A DNA stretch of 64,000 bases from an uncultured bacterium. Lineage in GTDB: Bacteria; Hinthialibacterota; Hinthialibacteria; Hinthialibacterales; JAKPRU01. Of the stretch, positions 20,203 through 30,282 are shown in pieces. Position 1 is the stretch's first letter; each line of letters starts with the position of its first letter. The notes below the pieces were generated by a model. It was not told where the DNA came from, searched no databases, and saw only the letters and a list, made by a program, of their open reading frames with translations. The stretch spans positions 138,461 to 202,460 of the forward strand of contig CAZTDD010000002.1 in assembly GCA_964612675.1 (NCBI GenBank). Reading direction: 5' to 3'. The position numbers were made by a program, and so were the translations under genes.

Positions 20203-20865
20203 ATGAGCGATCAAACGAGAGGCATCATACCTCCCCGCAGCATGGGTGATTGTAGATGGTGTGGTGCGCAAATGACACGTCTCCAGTATCTCATGTGCTC
20301 GGACTGTAATCGGATCGCAGAGCGCGTCCCGTCGAAAGTCCAGGTGATTCTCCGGAGTGCGGATTTCGCGAAAACTACGGAAGGCAAGGCCACCGTTGAA
20401 AAAGTCGTTCCGGAGCTCACTCGTTTCATTCTGGATTCACAACAGGACTTCCCGGCGAATCCCAGAGACCAAGAGCACTGGGCGAAGATGCTCGATGAGT
20501 GCGAAACAATGGTGTCCCGCTCGGATCTGCTCGAGCGCGCGAAGGAAATGAAAAGCGCTGGAGAGACGGATCTCCCCAGCGAACAGGAATTGCGACGCTT
20601 TTTGGGAGCGGAACGCCTGTTGCGGTATATGATACATGTGGCGGTTCAGCAAGGAGCGCTGAAACTTGAAGGCGGGGGGGATAACGCCAAGTTTTGTGTT
20701 GTGTGCGGCGGTTCTACCTCTGACGAGATTCGTATGCTCTGCTACCGTTGCATGGATGAGTTGGTTATCGAACCGCCGGCTGAAGAGTCGGTTGAAGAAG
20801 AGGAATCCTCCGGTCTGAAAGGAATGGCCACGCGCGATATCGTCCTCGGTGATCGGCGGAAATAG
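20203..20865 (+). CDS. Hypothetical protein with N- and C-terminal CxxC zinc ribbons
   Basis: CRWCGAQM...CSDC and CVVCGGS...CYRC; layout echoes the 13607/14205 paralogs. Confidence 0.4.
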   Translation: MSDQTRGIIPPRSMGDCRWCGAQMTRLQYLMCSDCNRIAERVPSKVQVILRSADFAKTTEGKATVEKVVPELTRFILDSQQDFPANPRDQEHWAKMLDECETMVSRSDLLERAKEMKSAGETDLPSEQELRRFLGAERLLRYMIHVAVQQGALKLEGGGDNAKFCVVCGGSTSDEIRMLCYRCMDELVIEPPAEESVEEEESSGLKGMATRDIVLGDRRK

Positions 20866-20949
20866 GTCCAGGTGAACGACCCTCCGGACTTCCGCCTGCT
20901 ACACCCTACCGAACGCCATACTTCGAACACACCCCATCCCACAAATGTT

Positions 20950-21675
20950 TCAACCTTGTCCCGGTTGGAAGTCCGGCGTTGTGCCGGTTTTGGCGGACCC
21001 GACACGGGATCGTGGATCGCAAGCGTACAGAACGCCGGAAAGACCGTACCCCTGCCGGAGCTTCGTCAGTTGATCCACCCGCTCCGGAGCGAGAATGTTC
21101 ACTTGGCCCAATTGGATCGAGGTCAGCAGAATCTTCGCGAAATGCTCCACTGTCTCTAAACGGTAATAGGCTTCCATGACATCCTTGCCCATGGAGATTA
21201 CACCATGGTTCGCCATCAGAATGACATTGGCGCTCTGAATGTAGGATTCCATTGAATCCGGCAGTTCTTCAGACGAAGGAAGGCCGAACGGAGCCAAAGG
21301 GACACCGCCCAGTGTTACCAATACCTCGGGCAGTACGCATTGATCGAGCGAAAGCCCCGACACTGCGAAACCGGTCGCGGTTGCCGGATGCGCATGGACC
21401 ACCGCGTTGATGTCCTTTCGTTGCTGGTAGACCCGCAGGTGCATCTTGACTTCCGAGGACACCTTCCATTCGCCGCGTATCTGACGCCCTTCGCCGTCCA
21501 CTGTCGCGATCATCGCGGGCTCCATGAATCCCTTGCTCACGCCGGTCGGTGTGCAAAGGACTTCGTCGTCGGCGACTCGCGCTGAGATATTCCCATCGTT
21601 GGCCGCCACGTATCCCCGAACCCAAATCCGGCGACCCGCTTCGATAATATCTTGTTTCGCTTGAAATGCGTTCAC
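20950..21675 (-). CDS. Class II aldolase/adducin family protein (fuculose-phosphate aldolase-like)
   Basis: Conserved GNISAR...HAHP...metal-binding His pattern; start assigned to GTG 21675 with AGGAAG RBS rather than the longer in-frame extension. Confidence 0.6.
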   Translation of the reverse strand: MNAFQAKQDIIEAGRRIWVRGYVAANDGNISARVADDEVLCTPTGVSKGFMEPAMIATVDGEGRQIRGEWKVSSEVKMHLRVYQQRKDINAVVHAHPATATGFAVSGLSLDQCVLPEVLVTLGGVPLAPFGLPSSEELPDSMESYIQSANVILMANHGVISMGKDVMEAYYRLETVEHFAKILLTSIQLGQVNILAPERVDQLTKLRQGYGLSGVLYACDPRSRVGSAKTGTTPDFQPGQG

Positions 21676-21959
21676 GTTTCTTCCTGACTTCCGCGAGGAC
21701 GAGATTTCGGTAGGACAAGAATCCCGGGAGGGCAAGGCTCCCGCCGAGCCGTCTTTCGCTACGGCCTGCAAAACCGTACCAGGATTCTACATCAACCGTC
21801 AACCGAAGCATACTTCTGCCCGCTGGACTGGGCGGCTTTCGGTCTTTTACTGTTTCCTTCTACTTTGTGTATCATTGACATAGGTTATTCGTATGGGATG
21901 ATCTGAGACCATAGACGATTGAGAGAAGTCAGTCGTTTCAAAACCATGAGGATGAGGGC

Positions 21960-22301
21960 ATGCAAGTAACTGCCCAAGACTACGGGCGCGTCAGCGTGAT
22001 ACATGTTGACGCGGAAGAACTGACCGACGAAGTGGTCGAACCAGTGCGCGAAGTTCTCGGCGACCTTATGGATTCCCAGCGCTACTGGATCGTCTTCGAT
22101 TTCAGTAAGGCCCGCTTGATGGATTCCTTCTTTTTGGCTCTATTGGTTTTGGCCTATAAGGAGATTTCCCTGAACAGCGGCGAAATCAAGATCGTCGGTC
22201 TCTCGAAAGACCTGAAGAAGACACTGAGCAACATACGGTTTGAGAAACTGTTTTTGGATTACGAAACACTTGGAGATGCTCTCTTGGCGTTCGGGGAGTA
22301 A
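21960..22301 (+). CDS. STAS-domain anti-sigma-factor antagonist
   Basis: SpoIIAA-like size and fold motifs. Confidence 0.55.
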   Translation: MQVTAQDYGRVSVIHVDAEELTDEVVEPVREVLGDLMDSQRYWIVFDFSKARLMDSFFLALLVLAYKEISLNSGEIKIVGLSKDLKKTLSNIRFEKLFLDYETLGDALLAFGE

Positions 22302-22403
22302 TATTATCCGAACCAGCCGCGTCAAAAAAAGGTATTCCGAAACCAATCGCATTCCCTGCGATAGGTTCCGGGAATTCTATAGTCAAAAGTATGGAGAACA
22401 ATC

Positions 22404-23477
22404 ATGAAAACACACTATCGCGATTTCCTCAGACACCTCTCGTTTTCGTCCGCTATGCTGACTATGGTCCTGTCGATACTAGTTCTAGGGGGATTTCTAA
22501 TGACGGAACGGACTTTTGCAGAGTCATCCGATGCGGTTCTTCGTGCGGAATTCATCTATCGTGAAGCCCCCTTCCGATCCTGCCATGCGTCGACGCTGGA
22601 GGAAGTTTCTCCCGGGACGATTCTCGCGGCCTGGTTTGGAGGGACCGATGAGGGAAATGATGATGTCGCGATTTGGGGTGCGCGTCTGGAAGGCGAAGAG
22701 TGGGGACCGGTCACCGAATTCGCCCGCGAAGAAGGTGTTCCCTGCTGGAATCCGGTTCTTTTTCAGGTGCCGGATGATGAAACACTGTTGTTTTACAAGG
22801 CCGGCGAAAGTCCCCGCAGTTGGTCCGGGCTTGTGAAACGGTCATTCGACGGCGGTGAGACGTGGTCGGATGCCGAACTCCTGCCTGCCGGAATTCTTGG
22901 CCCCATCAAGAATAAGCCGATCCAGTTGGACGATGGCATGTTGGTGTGCGGTTCTTCCGTCGAAAGCTGGCGCGCTTGGGCTTGCTGGGTCGAACTCACC
23001 AAAGACGGCGGAAGGACATGGAGCAAGCACGGTCCTATCGAGGTGCCCGACCATCCCATGGGGATCATCCAGCCGACCATGTTCGAGACCCGCGACGGGA
23101 ACCTTCGTATGCTCTGCCGGGCGACTCGCTCTATTGGCAACGTCTGCCTCGCAGAGTCGCGTGACGGCGGCAAGACATGGTCTGACGCCAGACCGATTGA
23201 TCTGCCGAATCCAAACTCGGGCATTGACGCCGTTCGGATGGACGACGGACGTATCGCGTTGGTGTATAACCATACACCTGTTGGAAGAAGCCCGCTGAAC
23301 CTCGGACTTTCCGACGACGACGGGGAGACCTGGAAGATGGTTCTAACGCTGGAGGACCAACCCGGCGAGTACTCGTATCCTGCGATCATCCAGAGCGAAG
23401 ACGGCAAACTACACATCACGTACACCTGGAAGCGCGAACGAATCAAGTATGTTGTAGTCGATCCGGATAAGCTCTGA
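22404..23477 (+). CDS. BNR/Asp-box repeat exo-alpha-sialidase-like protein (GH33-like), membrane anchored
   Basis: Four Asp-boxes (SFDGGETWS, TKDGGRTWS, SRDGGKTWS, SDDDGETWK) and an N-terminal TM segment. Confidence 0.6.
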   Translation: MKTHYRDFLRHLSFSSAMLTMVLSILVLGGFLMTERTFAESSDAVLRAEFIYREAPFRSCHASTLEEVSPGTILAAWFGGTDEGNDDVAIWGARLEGEEWGPVTEFAREEGVPCWNPVLFQVPDDETLLFYKAGESPRSWSGLVKRSFDGGETWSDAELLPAGILGPIKNKPIQLDDGMLVCGSSVESWRAWACWVELTKDGGRTWSKHGPIEVPDHPMGIIQPTMFETRDGNLRMLCRATRSIGNVCLAESRDGGKTWSDARPIDLPNPNSGIDAVRMDDGRIALVYNHTPVGRSPLNLGLSDDDGETWKMVLTLEDQPGEYSYPAIIQSEDGKLHITYTWKRERIKYVVVDPDKL

Positions 23478-23500
23478 TGTCGAATTCCGTTTGGAGGTCC

Positions 23501-24994
23501 TCATCGCCGCCAGAACGACGGGGCGAACAAAACCAATACGGAGTAAATCTCCAGGCGCCCGAGGACCATAAGCAACATGAGCCACCACTTCGCTATGGGG
23601 CTCATCCAGGCGTAGTTGTCGTGAGGGCCGATGTCACCGAGACCCGGTCCGATGTTGCTCAGACACGCTACCGTGGCGGTGACTGCCGTCACGAAATTCA
23701 TTTCGTACAGCGACAGAAACAAAACGGAAATCGCCGCTATTGCTGCGTACAGTAACAGGAATCCGACAATCCCCGCGATCACTTTCTCCTGCACGGGCCG
23801 CCGGTCCACGCGGATCAGGTAAACCGCTTTCGGACGAGTCAGGCGGAGTAACTCTCGATACCCCGCTTTGAACAACATCATGATCCGAATGACTTTCGCA
23901 CCGCCGCCCGTCGATCCGGCGCAGCCGCCCATGATCATCAACAGGAACAGAAGCATCGTCGCCAGATGAGGCCATTGCTCGAAATTGGTCGAACAGTAAC
24001 CGGTTGTCGTTATAATGGAACCCACCTGAAAGGCCGCGTGCTCCAAACGTGCACCAAAACTCTCTTCCGCACCGTGATAGTGAAGCGATGCTGTGACCGC
24101 GAGGATCCCAACAATGATGATCGAAAAATAGACAAGAAACTCCCGACTCGTGAAATACGCCTTCCGCTCCCCTTTCAGAAATCTGTAGTGCAGAGCGAAA
24201 TTTGCCCCCGCAATGATCATGAAGATGGTTATCACAACATTCACATACGTGCTGTTGTATTCTCCGATACTCGTCCCCTTGGTTGCGAAACCCCCGGTGG
24301 CCATCGTCCCGAAGGTATGGCATAGCGCTTCAAACAAATCCATCGGTCCGAGCCACAATAGCAGGGTCTCGGCAAGCGAAACCAGTACGTACACCATCCA
24401 CAGAGTTTTTGCCGTGTCGGAGATCCGTGGTTTGAGACGATCCTTGACCGGTCCCGGTACCTCCGCCCGAAACATCTGCATGCCCCCCACCCCGATCACC
24501 GGCAGAATCGCCAAAGACAATACGATAATCCCCATTCCGCCGAGCCAGTGAGTTAGACTGCGCCAGAAGAATATCGAGCGGGAAGGAGCATCAAAATCCG
24601 TCAGAACGCTGGCCCCTGTCGTTGTAAAACCGGACACGGTCTCAAAAACTGAATCCGTGAATGATTGAAACGTGATCATCAGCGAGAATGTCTCCGTCGG
24701 CTGTGTCACGAATGTGCGATCCAGGAAGAACGGTATCGCACCGAACAGGCCGGCCAGAATCCATCCTCCCGTTACAATGAGAAATCCCTCCCGTGCGCTC
24801 AGTTCACCGTGTGCCGCCTCACCGGGGCGAAGACGCGTCATCGCCCAGCCAACGATAACCACGAGGACGATGGATAGCGAGAAAGTCCCAATGGGCTCAC
24901 CATAGCACACAGCCACAAGGAGCGGACACAACATTGATACACCCAGGCACAGAAGTATCCAGCCGAGGACATATGTCACAAGGTCATAGCGCAT
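23501..24994 (-). CDS. trkH: TrkH/KtrB-family potassium uptake protein
   Basis: Repeated M1PM2 pore motifs (TTTGAS, ATGGFA, TTTGYC, STGGGAK) over about 10 TM segments. Confidence 0.8.
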   Translation of the reverse strand: MRYDLVTYVLGWILLCLGVSMLCPLLVAVCYGEPIGTFSLSIVLVVIVGWAMTRLRPGEAAHGELSAREGFLIVTGGWILAGLFGAIPFFLDRTFVTQPTETFSLMITFQSFTDSVFETVSGFTTTGASVLTDFDAPSRSIFFWRSLTHWLGGMGIIVLSLAILPVIGVGGMQMFRAEVPGPVKDRLKPRISDTAKTLWMVYVLVSLAETLLLWLGPMDLFEALCHTFGTMATGGFATKGTSIGEYNSTYVNVVITIFMIIAGANFALHYRFLKGERKAYFTSREFLVYFSIIIVGILAVTASLHYHGAEESFGARLEHAAFQVGSIITTTGYCSTNFEQWPHLATMLLFLLMIMGGCAGSTGGGAKVIRIMMLFKAGYRELLRLTRPKAVYLIRVDRRPVQEKVIAGIVGFLLLYAAIAAISVLFLSLYEMNFVTAVTATVACLSNIGPGLGDIGPHDNYAWMSPIAKWWLMLLMVLGRLEIYSVLVLFAPSFWRR

Positions 24995-25051
24995 GAGACT
25001 CAGGATACAGGGTTACAGAAGATGCATAAGCCCGGACCGTAGTTTTCAATC

Positions 25052-25405
25052 TTACATCCGACTGAGAAAGCTGTTCATGGATAACTTATAGGGGCTTTCC
25101 GTAGCGGTAATGTCCATATTGGAGAGCGACACACTGAAACGTAGTTTCTGTATCGCCTCATATGTCATGTTTCCGGGATCGATTTTGCCGCTTCGATCGT
25201 ACACTACCATTCCCAGCAGCGTTTTTGCTTTTTTCTTCAGTTCGTCTGCAGGAACGTAGCTACGTGTATCGTGATCGTATCCGCTGTTGAGCCGTCCGGC
25301 TACCTTTCTGCGGCTTTTGTCGATCTCGATCGTGAAACGGATACACTTGTCCTCCTCATCCCAGTACGATTCAATGACCTCGCCAATCCGCGTCTTCCTT
25401 GCCAT
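25052..25405 (-). CDS. Hypothetical protein
   Basis: 117-aa ORF with coding-like composition; no family recognised. Confidence 0.3.
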   Translation of the reverse strand: MARKTRIGEVIESYWDEEDKCIRFTIEIDKSRRKVAGRLNSGYDHDTRSYVPADELKKKAKTLLGMVVYDRSGKIDPGNMTYEAIQKLRFSVSLSNMDITATESPYKLSMNSFLSRM

Positions 25406-25753
25406 GCTCGTGTCGCTCCATCATCCAAACGCCCCACCCATCCCAAATAAATCTGTCATCTTATATCAACCCCACCCGAACCCTCCCCAGTCTTGGCGAG
25501 GGAATTCACTGACAAGCGCCCGGATGCCACCCCCAACTCCGCTTGGGGGTAGTTGAACCCGTGTGCGGTCCATTCTTCTCCCCCAAGATTGGGGGAGATA
25601 CAGAGGGGGTTGCAAACTTCCCGCTGTCCATACCGCCAGCTTCTGGTGGACGGGTCGCCCCGATTGCTCGAATTCGTCCAATCAAAAACAATCGGAACGA
25701 CGAAGGAGCAAGAGGCGTGTTCCCACTCCCTCCGTCAAACGCTGCTATAGTAC

Positions 25754-26419
25754 TCATTTTCCCTCCTCACAGATAGCTTTGGCGGTAGACAAGATTGTCC
25801 GGAGTACTTTCTCCGCTGCCTCGGGATTGCCCCGGCGAAGAAGAGAAAGAGCCGGGGAATCGGCCGTTTCGGCGTCCAGATCCTTCCGTACATCTTGATC
25901 GGGCACAGTCTGTTCGATCTCGGGTTTTAGTTTTTCGAGCAGGTCCAGGAACTGTGCATACTCTGCGCCGAACGCGTGTGCCAGCTCATTCTGTATCCGA
26001 CCCGCCATGTAGGGGCTCGCCCCGGCGGTGTCGACGGTCAGCGTGAGTTTTCCCTGCTGGAGCAGACCCGGAATCGACACCGTGCCCAGCGACGGATCCG
26101 CCGGTACCGCACAGAGGAGATCCCGCTCTCGCGCGGTCTCGGCAACCTGCCGGTTCATATCCATATCCTCGTCCGCCGCCACCACGAAGAATATCCCGTC
26201 CAGGTCGGACGGTTCAAACGGTCGATTTAGCCATCGGAACGAACCGAGCTCCGCCATCGGCTCCAGTGTCCCCGTGAGATGTTCTGCCACAACCGTGACG
26301 TTCACGCCGCTTCCCACAAGACCGGCTGTCTTCTTCTCGGCTTCCGGGCCGCCTCCCACAACCAGACATGCACGTCCACGGAGATCGATCAACATTGGAT
26401 AATACGGAATAGCGCTCAT
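25754..26419 (-). CDS. Precorrin-2 dehydrogenase / sirohydrochlorin ferrochelatase (siroheme synthase N-terminal domain, SirC/Met8-like)
   Basis: LVVGGGPEAEKKTAGLVGSGVNVTVVAE Rossmann start typical of the CysG N-domain. Confidence 0.6.
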   Translation of the reverse strand: MSAIPYYPMLIDLRGRACLVVGGGPEAEKKTAGLVGSGVNVTVVAEHLTGTLEPMAELGSFRWLNRPFEPSDLDGIFFVVAADEDMDMNRQVAETARERDLLCAVPADPSLGTVSIPGLLQQGKLTLTVDTAGASPYMAGRIQNELAHAFGAEYAQFLDLLEKLKPEIEQTVPDQDVRKDLDAETADSPALSLLRRGNPEAAEKVLRTILSTAKAICEEGK

Positions 26420-26487
26420 TTACCTCTTCCTTCAACTGCTGCACATATTGCTTCTTTCGGCGAAAGCAGGATTCTCTCGGGCTTGGA

Positions 26488-28170
26488 CTACTTTATATAT
26501 CCCAAATCGCGCAGATTCTGCAGTTGATCGGGTGTCAAAGTGACCGGTTCCATTTCCAGTGCTTCCGCCCGCCCCAGCTGCTCCGCGATCGCGTCCGACG
26601 ATTGTGTGAAACGATCCAATTCGGTCAATAAATCTTCGACAACCTCGGGATGAGACGGGGCCAGGTTTATCGATTCGGCCGGATCCTTTGCGAGATCGTA
26701 GAGTTCCATCCCCTTTCGCCACGACGGTGCGATCAACTTCCACCGGCCCTGAACCGCTGCCTCTTTTATTGGCACAAGCGGATCCGATTTTGCTCCTCCA
26801 TAGGTTTGTGCGAATACCGTGCGCTGAATCTCCTGATCTTCCGTTTCCGCCAAATCTTCAAAAAGATACCGGCCCTGGACCGGTGATTGGACCTCAAACT
26901 CAAACAGTTGTGTTAGCGTCGGAAAGACGTCAACGTGGCTTGTGAGATCCGTTGCCGCCTTGCCTGATTCCACCAAAGGCGGATACGCGAGAATCGACAT
27001 GGTTCTCACGCTCTCGTCGTACAGAGTCTCCCCGTGATACCTCACACCGTGTTCGAGAAACTCTTCACCATGATCGGACAGAAACCAAAGCAGGGTTGAA
27101 CCAAGCAAATCTCGTTCAGCCAACCCGAGAAGAAACTGTCCAACTCGTTGGTCGACAAGCGTAATCTCCGCACAATAGCGGTCATGTTCCTCGTCGCCGG
27201 TTTTGCCTATATAGAAGTCATCGAAGTGTTCGGTTGTTTGGTACGGTGCGTGCAAACAGATGAAATGCACATAGAGGAAAAAAGGCGGCGGCGTTCTCGA
27301 AAGCCAGCGGAGCGATTCGCGAATCACGTCCGGGTCCCAGATCGGTCCTTCGTATTTTTCAAAACCCCGGCTGAATCCGAACGGGGAGACAATTTGAGCA
27401 TTCGAGTGAAACGCGCCGGTTCTGTAACCCTGTTCTTGATAAAGTTCCGCGATTGTCTTCGCTTTCGGAAACAGGCTGGCGGCCTCGGTTGTATGGCGGA
27501 TCGCGCCGTGAGCCCGTGGATAAAGGCCGGTGAATATCGAACCAATGGACGGACGCGATGAGGAGGAGGTGCCGTACCACCGCGTGAATTCCGTTCCCAA
27601 CCCACGCATATTTTCCAGATGAGGCGCGACAATGAACGGATATTTTCTCCCGGGAAAGTGATCCGGGCGCATCGCATCCACAAGGACAATTACCGCATTC
27701 AAAGGCCCCGATGAGGCTCCGTAACTCTGGACCTCAACCGACAGGAGTCTGGGGCGGCAGGAATCCAGCGCCTCAATCGATAAATTCAAAGACCCTGTGT
27801 ACTTTAGTCTCGCGTCGATTCGAAATGGTCTCTTCGATTGGAGCGGCTTCGCAGCGGGAGTCGTGGACGAGACGGTTTTCACCGAACCGTCCGAAGTCGC
27901 TATCCACTCACATTCCCAGTTGTCGAAATAGATCTTGTTCGTGTAAATGGATGCAGGTTGGTCTTCGGCCGCCTCAATTGTGTGCGAGCGGTACCTGAAC
28001 TTTCCGTCTTCTTCACCCCGGAAAAACAGCGGCACGATCTGTTTCACGGGCTCGACCGGACTCGAACATCCTATCGCCGAAACAAGTACAACTGTGGCGA
28101 GTAGTATTCTTGGAGTCGAGGAACCCGAAAAACGCGTGAGGATTATGAGGTTCTTTCTTAGCGAAAGCAC
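26488..28170 (-). CDS. Sulfatase-family (alkaline phosphatase superfamily) lipoprotein
   Basis: Lipobox AIGC; VDAMRPDH metal-binding start and sulfatase-domain layout, but no canonical C/S-x-P-x-R FGly motif. Confidence 0.55.
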   Translation of the reverse strand: MLSLRKNLIILTRFSGSSTPRILLATVVLVSAIGCSSPVEPVKQIVPLFFRGEEDGKFRYRSHTIEAAEDQPASIYTNKIYFDNWECEWIATSDGSVKTVSSTTPAAKPLQSKRPFRIDARLKYTGSLNLSIEALDSCRPRLLSVEVQSYGASSGPLNAVIVLVDAMRPDHFPGRKYPFIVAPHLENMRGLGTEFTRWYGTSSSSRPSIGSIFTGLYPRAHGAIRHTTEAASLFPKAKTIAELYQEQGYRTGAFHSNAQIVSPFGFSRGFEKYEGPIWDPDVIRESLRWLSRTPPPFFLYVHFICLHAPYQTTEHFDDFYIGKTGDEEHDRYCAEITLVDQRVGQFLLGLAERDLLGSTLLWFLSDHGEEFLEHGVRYHGETLYDESVRTMSILAYPPLVESGKAATDLTSHVDVFPTLTQLFEFEVQSPVQGRYLFEDLAETEDQEIQRTVFAQTYGGAKSDPLVPIKEAAVQGRWKLIAPSWRKGMELYDLAKDPAESINLAPSHPEVVEDLLTELDRFTQSSDAIAEQLGRAEALEMEPVTLTPDQLQNLRDLGYIK

Positions 28171-28196
28171 AGGGGCGCCTCGTCCATCTCAGCCGC

Positions 28197-30020
28197 TCAT
28201 GTTTTTCGCTCAGGCTGAATGGTATCCATGAATTCCTGCATTCGGTTCTTGGCGAGGTGTTCGGCCAGCGCTTTCTTTTGACCTTGACGCGCGATCTCCT
28301 CGCGCTCTTCGGGGTGCTCCCTATAGTAGGTTACCAATTCCACCAATTCCTCGCGACTCTTGAACCAGCAAAGTTCGACACCGTGCTGGAAATACTTCTC
28401 CAAAGAAGGCCGATGTTCTGTAATTAAAAATCCTCCGCACGCCAACACATCGAATATCCGGGGATTCGGTGAATCGATACATTGAATATGGAAGATATTG
28501 ATATTGATCTTCGTGTCGTAATACACCTGCGGGAGTTCCGTGACATACTCCGGACCGTGGCCCGCATAGCAAGGAACCAGCTCTTTTGCCATCTCCGCAT
28601 CGGCCCATTCCGGTGCACCGTAGGTTTCCAGCCCCAGATCCTTGATGGCTTCCAGGTAGTGGTACCGGCGCAAATAGGTTGTCCGCTCTTCCAGATACAA
28701 AACCGGGAATCCTTCGTAAGGAAGCCGTTGAATGGCCTCGGAGTTTTTGTACCTCTCCTCCAGGCCGGTGGACGGATCCTTGAGGAAATCGTCCACGATT
28801 CCATCCAGGATATGGACATAGTCGGGATCGCGCTGAAGCCAAAACTCTCGGACAGGCTGAAAACGTTGAGCCGCCAGTGCGCCGACAAAACCGACTTCCG
28901 GTCCCTTTCTGGGCGGTGGATTGTCGTCCAGACGGACCGTCGGGAGAAGCCCCGCCGGGTTATGAAGGGTGTGGACGGATTTTGCCCCCATTTCTTTCAG
29001 AAGCGGTATGTAATTCTCATCAAACGTGAAGACCACGTCGGTGGCATCCATCTCTTCCCTGGATACTTTCACGCGTGCCGGATTGTCCAAATACCAAATC
29101 GCTTTTGTGATGGGTACTTTGTCAAGGAATTTCTTGCCAACCGGTGACAGAGAGTTCCGGTTCATCCAAAGCAGAATGTCCGGATAATGCTCTCGCACGT
29201 AAACCAGCCAAAGCCAGGTATTGATAAAATGCAGCATCCGCAAGTTACCGGTGAATTTGTCCGATTCGTGGCCGAGGTCCCTAAGTCCTGCGATCATGTT
29301 TTCAGCAAGATATTCATGCTCGGGTTCAACAAAAAGAACTTTCATCGGTGAACCGGTATTCTCACTCAATTCCTCCCGGCGGTTCTCGTAATGCTGTAAC
29401 GTTTCGCTCAAGAATCCTTCGGTTTGACTCCGGATTTTCTCCCCCATCTCCTGCATTTTCTCATTGAGGACTTCCATGACCTTTTGATCGTTTTCGGTAC
29501 AGTTCGAACCGGGGATGACTTTGATTGGCGGAAGCATTCCGATGGGATTGGTGACGAAAAAGTCCATTATGGACGCGCCGGCGTTCTCGCCGAAAAGAAG
29601 GATCACACGATCCGACCGCAGCACATCCGTCCAATCGAGCAGCCAAAACGACGACGCGAGTATCTCCCAACGATCTTCGGTGATAAGCAGCCTTTGCGCG
29701 TAACGGCCGCCACGTAGCTGGGGATAAATCACGTGCGGCAAATATCCCAATCCGCACCGATAGATGACAAACAATTCTGTTTCCTGCTGAGAAATTCCGG
29801 CTGCCTGTTTTTCAGCGACCGCCCAGGGATCGTCCGGTCCGTGAACGATCTGTTCCCCGGGAGGCAGCGTATTATCTACACATGTCCACCCGCGTTCGCT
29901 ATGCGGTTCAATTGTGTACTGGGGTGACGATCCGTACTCGAACGATTCCAGTTTTTTCGCTATTTCCGGATAGATTTGATGGAGAATATTGAGATTTGCA
30001 CGAAAGATATCGCGATCCAA
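28197..30020 (-). CDS. Maf-like protein: N-terminal DUF115/MptE-like domain plus C-terminal CgeB-family glycosyltransferase
   Basis: C-terminal DSPNPRIFDVLACGGFLITE...EIARQGQKKALAEH matches CgeB-type GT; start proposed at TTG 30020 (AGGAAGGAG RBS), giving MDRDIFRANLNILHQIYPEIA as in motility accessory factors. Confidence 0.45.
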   Translation of the reverse strand: MDRDIFRANLNILHQIYPEIAKKLESFEYGSSPQYTIEPHSERGWTCVDNTLPPGEQIVHGPDDPWAVAEKQAAGISQQETELFVIYRCGLGYLPHVIYPQLRGGRYAQRLLITEDRWEILASSFWLLDWTDVLRSDRVILLFGENAGASIMDFFVTNPIGMLPPIKVIPGSNCTENDQKVMEVLNEKMQEMGEKIRSQTEGFLSETLQHYENRREELSENTGSPMKVLFVEPEHEYLAENMIAGLRDLGHESDKFTGNLRMLHFINTWLWLVYVREHYPDILLWMNRNSLSPVGKKFLDKVPITKAIWYLDNPARVKVSREEMDATDVVFTFDENYIPLLKEMGAKSVHTLHNPAGLLPTVRLDDNPPPRKGPEVGFVGALAAQRFQPVREFWLQRDPDYVHILDGIVDDFLKDPSTGLEERYKNSEAIQRLPYEGFPVLYLEERTTYLRRYHYLEAIKDLGLETYGAPEWADAEMAKELVPCYAGHGPEYVTELPQVYYDTKININIFHIQCIDSPNPRIFDVLACGGFLITEHRPSLEKYFQHGVELCWFKSREELVELVTYYREHPEEREEIARQGQKKALAEHLAKNRMQEFMDTIQPERKT

Positions 30021-30169
30021 AATGAGACGCTCCTTCCTGGCGCGGTGACAGAAGATTATAACAGTTGAGAGTCCGAAACCTCCCCAGCTTGTCTCAACAC
30101 GAAGCCCAGCCCAGCAGCCTCTTGTGGCTTCGCCACCCCGATTGGCGAGCAATCGGGGCTACCCGTGGA

Positions 30170-30267
30170 ATGAATACAACCGGGCGTCACTTACAAAATG
30201 ACGCGAACCGGATGCTGCTTACAAGGTGACCACAACCGGGTGCCACCCCCAATTCCGCTTGGGGGTG
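30170..30267. repeat. Three tandem ~27-bp units (TTACAARRTGACNNNAACCGGNTGC) ending in a CCCCCAATTCCGCTTGGGGG hairpin, upstream of the Maf-like gene
   Basis: Direct reading; related copy CACTGACAAGCGCCCGGATGCCACCCCCAACTCCGCTTGGGGG at 25508-25550. Confidence 0.5.
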
Positions 30268-30282
30268 CGGGAACAGCCAGCC

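Noticed and set aside
21772-21959. Sigma-70 promoter upstream of the STAS gene (TTGACA at about 21876)
   Set aside because: No acceptable -10 hexamer lies at 16-18 bp spacing, so it is not reported as a feature.
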